From Gekko japonicus (Eukaryota), in assembly GCF_001447785.1 (NCBI RefSeq), contig NW_015173676.1, positions 2,085-66,084 of the forward strand: 64,000 bases of DNA. Direction: 5' to 3'. Positions 61,783 through 64,000 of this stretch are shown here, in pieces. The number at the start of each line of letters is the position of its first letter. Position 1 is the stretch's first letter. The notes beneath the pieces were generated by a model, which saw only the letters and a program-made list of their open reading frames with translations, was not told where the DNA came from and searched no databases. Position numbers and translations under genes: made by a program.

Positions 61783-64000
61783 GTTCAGACCCCATCAATG
61801 TGTATTTACATTTAGGATTTTTGGCTCCAATGTGCATCACCTTGCACTTGGCCGCATTGAACCCCATTTGCCATGTTGATGCCCACTTGCCCATCCTTGA
61901 CAGATTCCTTTGGTAAACAGTATCTATTGGATCCCCCTTGTCCACATGTTTGTTCACCCCCTGAACAAGTTAAAAAGCAGTGGACCAAGTACTGATCCCT
62001 GCGGTACCCCACTGCTTACCACCCTCCACTGAGAAAATTGCCCATTTATACTCACTTTCTGTTTTCTATTAATTAGCCCGTTTTTGATCCATAAAGGATT
62101 TGTCCTTTTATCCCATGATTTTTGAGCTTACTTAGGAGCCTTTGATGGGGAACTTTATCAAAAGCTTTCTGGAAGTCAAGGTAAACAATATCTATTGGAT
62201 CCCCCTTGTCCACATGTTTGTTCACCCCCTCAAAGAACATTAACAGGTTAGTGAGACAAGATCTTCCCTTACAGAAACCGTGCTGAGTCTGCCTCAATAG
62301 GTTTTGTTCATCTATGTGCCTACTAATTCTTTCCTTAATAATGGTTTCCACCAATTTACCCAGTATCGACGTCAGACTGACTGGCCTGTAATTTCCCAGA
62401 TCTCCTCTGGAACCCTTTTTAAAGATGGGAGTGACATTAGCTACCTTCCAATCCTCAGGAATGGAGGCAGATTTTAAGGAAAGATTACATATCTTTGTCA
62501 GGAGATCCACAAGTTCACATTTGAGTTCTTTCAGAACTCTCGGATGTATGCCATCTGGGCCTGGTGATTTATCAGTTTTTAAGTTGTCTATCAGTTTTAG
62601 GACCTCCTCTCTCGTCACCTCAATCTGACTCAGGTCTTCCAACACCCCTCCTGAAATCAGTGGTTCTGGAGTGGGCAAGCACTTCTCATCTTCCACAGTG
62701 AAGACGGAGGCAAAAAATGCATTTAGCTTCTCAGCCATTTCCCTATCATCCTTCAATACTCCTTTTACCCCTTGGTCGTCCAAGGGCCCCACTGCCTCCC
62801 TGGCTGGTTTCCTGCTTCTAATGTATTTGAAGAAAGTTTTATTGTTGGTTTTTACGTTTTTTGCTATATGCTCCTCATATTCCCTTTTTGCCTGCCTGAC
62901 CACAGACTTGCATTTTATTTGCCATAGCCTGTGTTCCGTTTTATCAGCCTCACTGTGACTAGCTTTCCACCGCTTAAAGGAATCCTTTTTACCTTTTACA
63001 GCTTCCATTACTTTGTTTGTTAACCATGTAGGCTTTTTCTTATACCTGTTTGTGCCTTTCCTAACCTGCGGAATATATATTTTTTGAGCTTCTAGGATCG
63101 TAGTTTTAAATAGATCCCAAGCTTCCCCAATTGTTTTGACCCTTTCTACTTTTCCTTTCAGTTTCCTCCCCACGTGTCCCCTCATATCAGAGAAATTACC
63201 CCTTTTAAAGTTAAAAATGGTTGTGTGAGTCTTTTTGGCCAATTCTCTATTTGTACAAATGATGAACTCAACAACATTATGATCACTGTTTCCAAGCGGT
63301 GCAATCACTTTTACATCTCTCACCAGGTCTTGAGTGTTACTTAGGACCAAATCAAGGATCGCCTCTCCCCTGGTAGGTTCCATGACCATCTGCTCCATAG
63401 CACAGTCATTTAGAGTGTCTAGAAACTCAATCTCTTTTTCCCGGCTAGAACACATATTGACCCAATCAATGTGTGGGTAGTTAAAATCACCTATTATTAC
63501 ACAGTGTTTTTGTCTAGTTGCTATCTTTAAGGCATTCATCATTTTATAATCCTCCTCTATCTTTTGATCTGGTGGGCGATAACAAACTCCCAGTGTTAAG
63601 TTTCCTTTTGGCCCCCCTATTTCAACCCATAGAACTTCCAGAAGCGAATCCAATTCACTTAGCCTCTCAATCTTTCTAGACTTTATACCCTCTCTGACAT
63701 ACAGAGCTACCCCACCTCCAACCCTTCCCCCCCTATCCTTCCGATATAATATATAACCGGGAATCACTGTGTCCCACTGATTTTCCTCATCCCACCAAGT
63801 TTCAGAAATACCCACAATGTCTATTTTTCCCTCCGACACCAAGCACTCCAACTCCCCGATTTTACCTCGGACACTTCTAGCATTTGTATAGAAACAGCTG
63901 TAATTTCCCTTACAAGTTAAGCCTGCATCCTTCCTCTTGCTATCTCGAGTCGTTGTCCGGCAGTCCATGTCACCAGCCATGGCCTCTGTGGACAATTTCA
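61783..64000 (-). mobile_element. CR1 LINE continuing beyond the window end; 3' part rearranged and truncated
   Basis: Long ORF2 (next feature) followed by [17 protein letters not shown] and WQMGFNAAKCKVMHIG fragments. Confidence 0.97.
62073..63995 (-). CDS. CR1 ORF2: APE endonuclease and N-terminal half of the reverse transcriptase (640 aa open; frameshift near 62095)
   Basis: [39 protein letters not shown] (endonuclease); [50 protein letters not shown] (RT). Confidence 0.95.
   Translation of the reverse strand: MSTEAMAGDMDCRTTTRDSKRKDAGLTCKGNYSCFYTNARSVRGKIGELECLVSEGKIDIVGISETWWDEENQWDTVIPGYILYRKDRGGRVGGGVALYVREGIKSRKIERLSELDSLLEVLWVEIGGPKGNLTLGVCYRPPDQKIEEDYKMMNALKIATRQKHCVIIGDFNYPHIDWVNMCSSREKEIEFLDTLNDCAMEQMVMEPTRGEAILDLVLSNTQDLVRDVKVIAPLGNSDHNVVEFIICTNRELAKKTHTTIFNFKRGNFSDMRGHVGRKLKGKVERVKTIGEAWDLFKTTILEAQKIYIPQVRKGTNRYKKKPTWLTNKVMEAVKGKKDSFKRWKASHSEADKTEHRLWQIKCKSVVRQAKREYEEHIAKNVKTNNKTFFKYIRSRKPAREAVGPLDDQGVKGVLKDDREMAEKLNAFFASVFTVEDEKCLPTPEPLISGGVLEDLSQIEVTREEVLKLIDNLKTDKSPGPDGIHPRVLKELKCELVDLLTKICNLSLKSASIPEDWKVANVTPIFKKGSRGDLGNYRPVSLTSILGKLVETIIKERISRHIDEQNLLRQTQHGFCKGRSCLTNLLMFFEGVNKHVDKGDPIDIVYLDFQKAFDKVPHQRLLSKLKNHGIKGQILYGSKTG

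Overview
Vertebrate nuclear DNA, almost certainly a squamate and probably a gecko: it carries Sauria SINEs, BovB, CR1, L2, RTE-X, tRNA-derived SINEs and TAGGGTTGCC-type hAT MITEs. The window is intergenic or intronic and dominated by nested transposable elements, with one 157-N assembly gap. No host protein-coding gene can be recognised. A few minus-strand segments with good splice signals may be exons of an unidentified transcript. The most notable structures are: (1) a young, CpG-rich tyrosine-recombinase retroelement (DIRS/Ngaro-like, 53533-56000, minus) carrying an SGNH-hydrolase cargo ORF and a 406-bp direct repeat with a hairpin spacer, plus a second, divergent SGNH-bearing relic at 16.5-17.4 kb; (2) a nested complex at 36.6-43.8 kb, in which a decayed hAT/ZBED transposon (BED finger and dimerisation domain) hosts a Gmr1-like Gypsy element (itself split by a solo LTR) and an RTE-X LINE inserted in the middle of the BED finger; (3) a minimal type I hammerhead-ribozyme motif in a Penelope-like remnant (34711-34750, minus); (4) several CR1 copies with junction-level rearrangements. 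All coordinates, TSDs and mismatch counts were read by eye, and no database searches were run.
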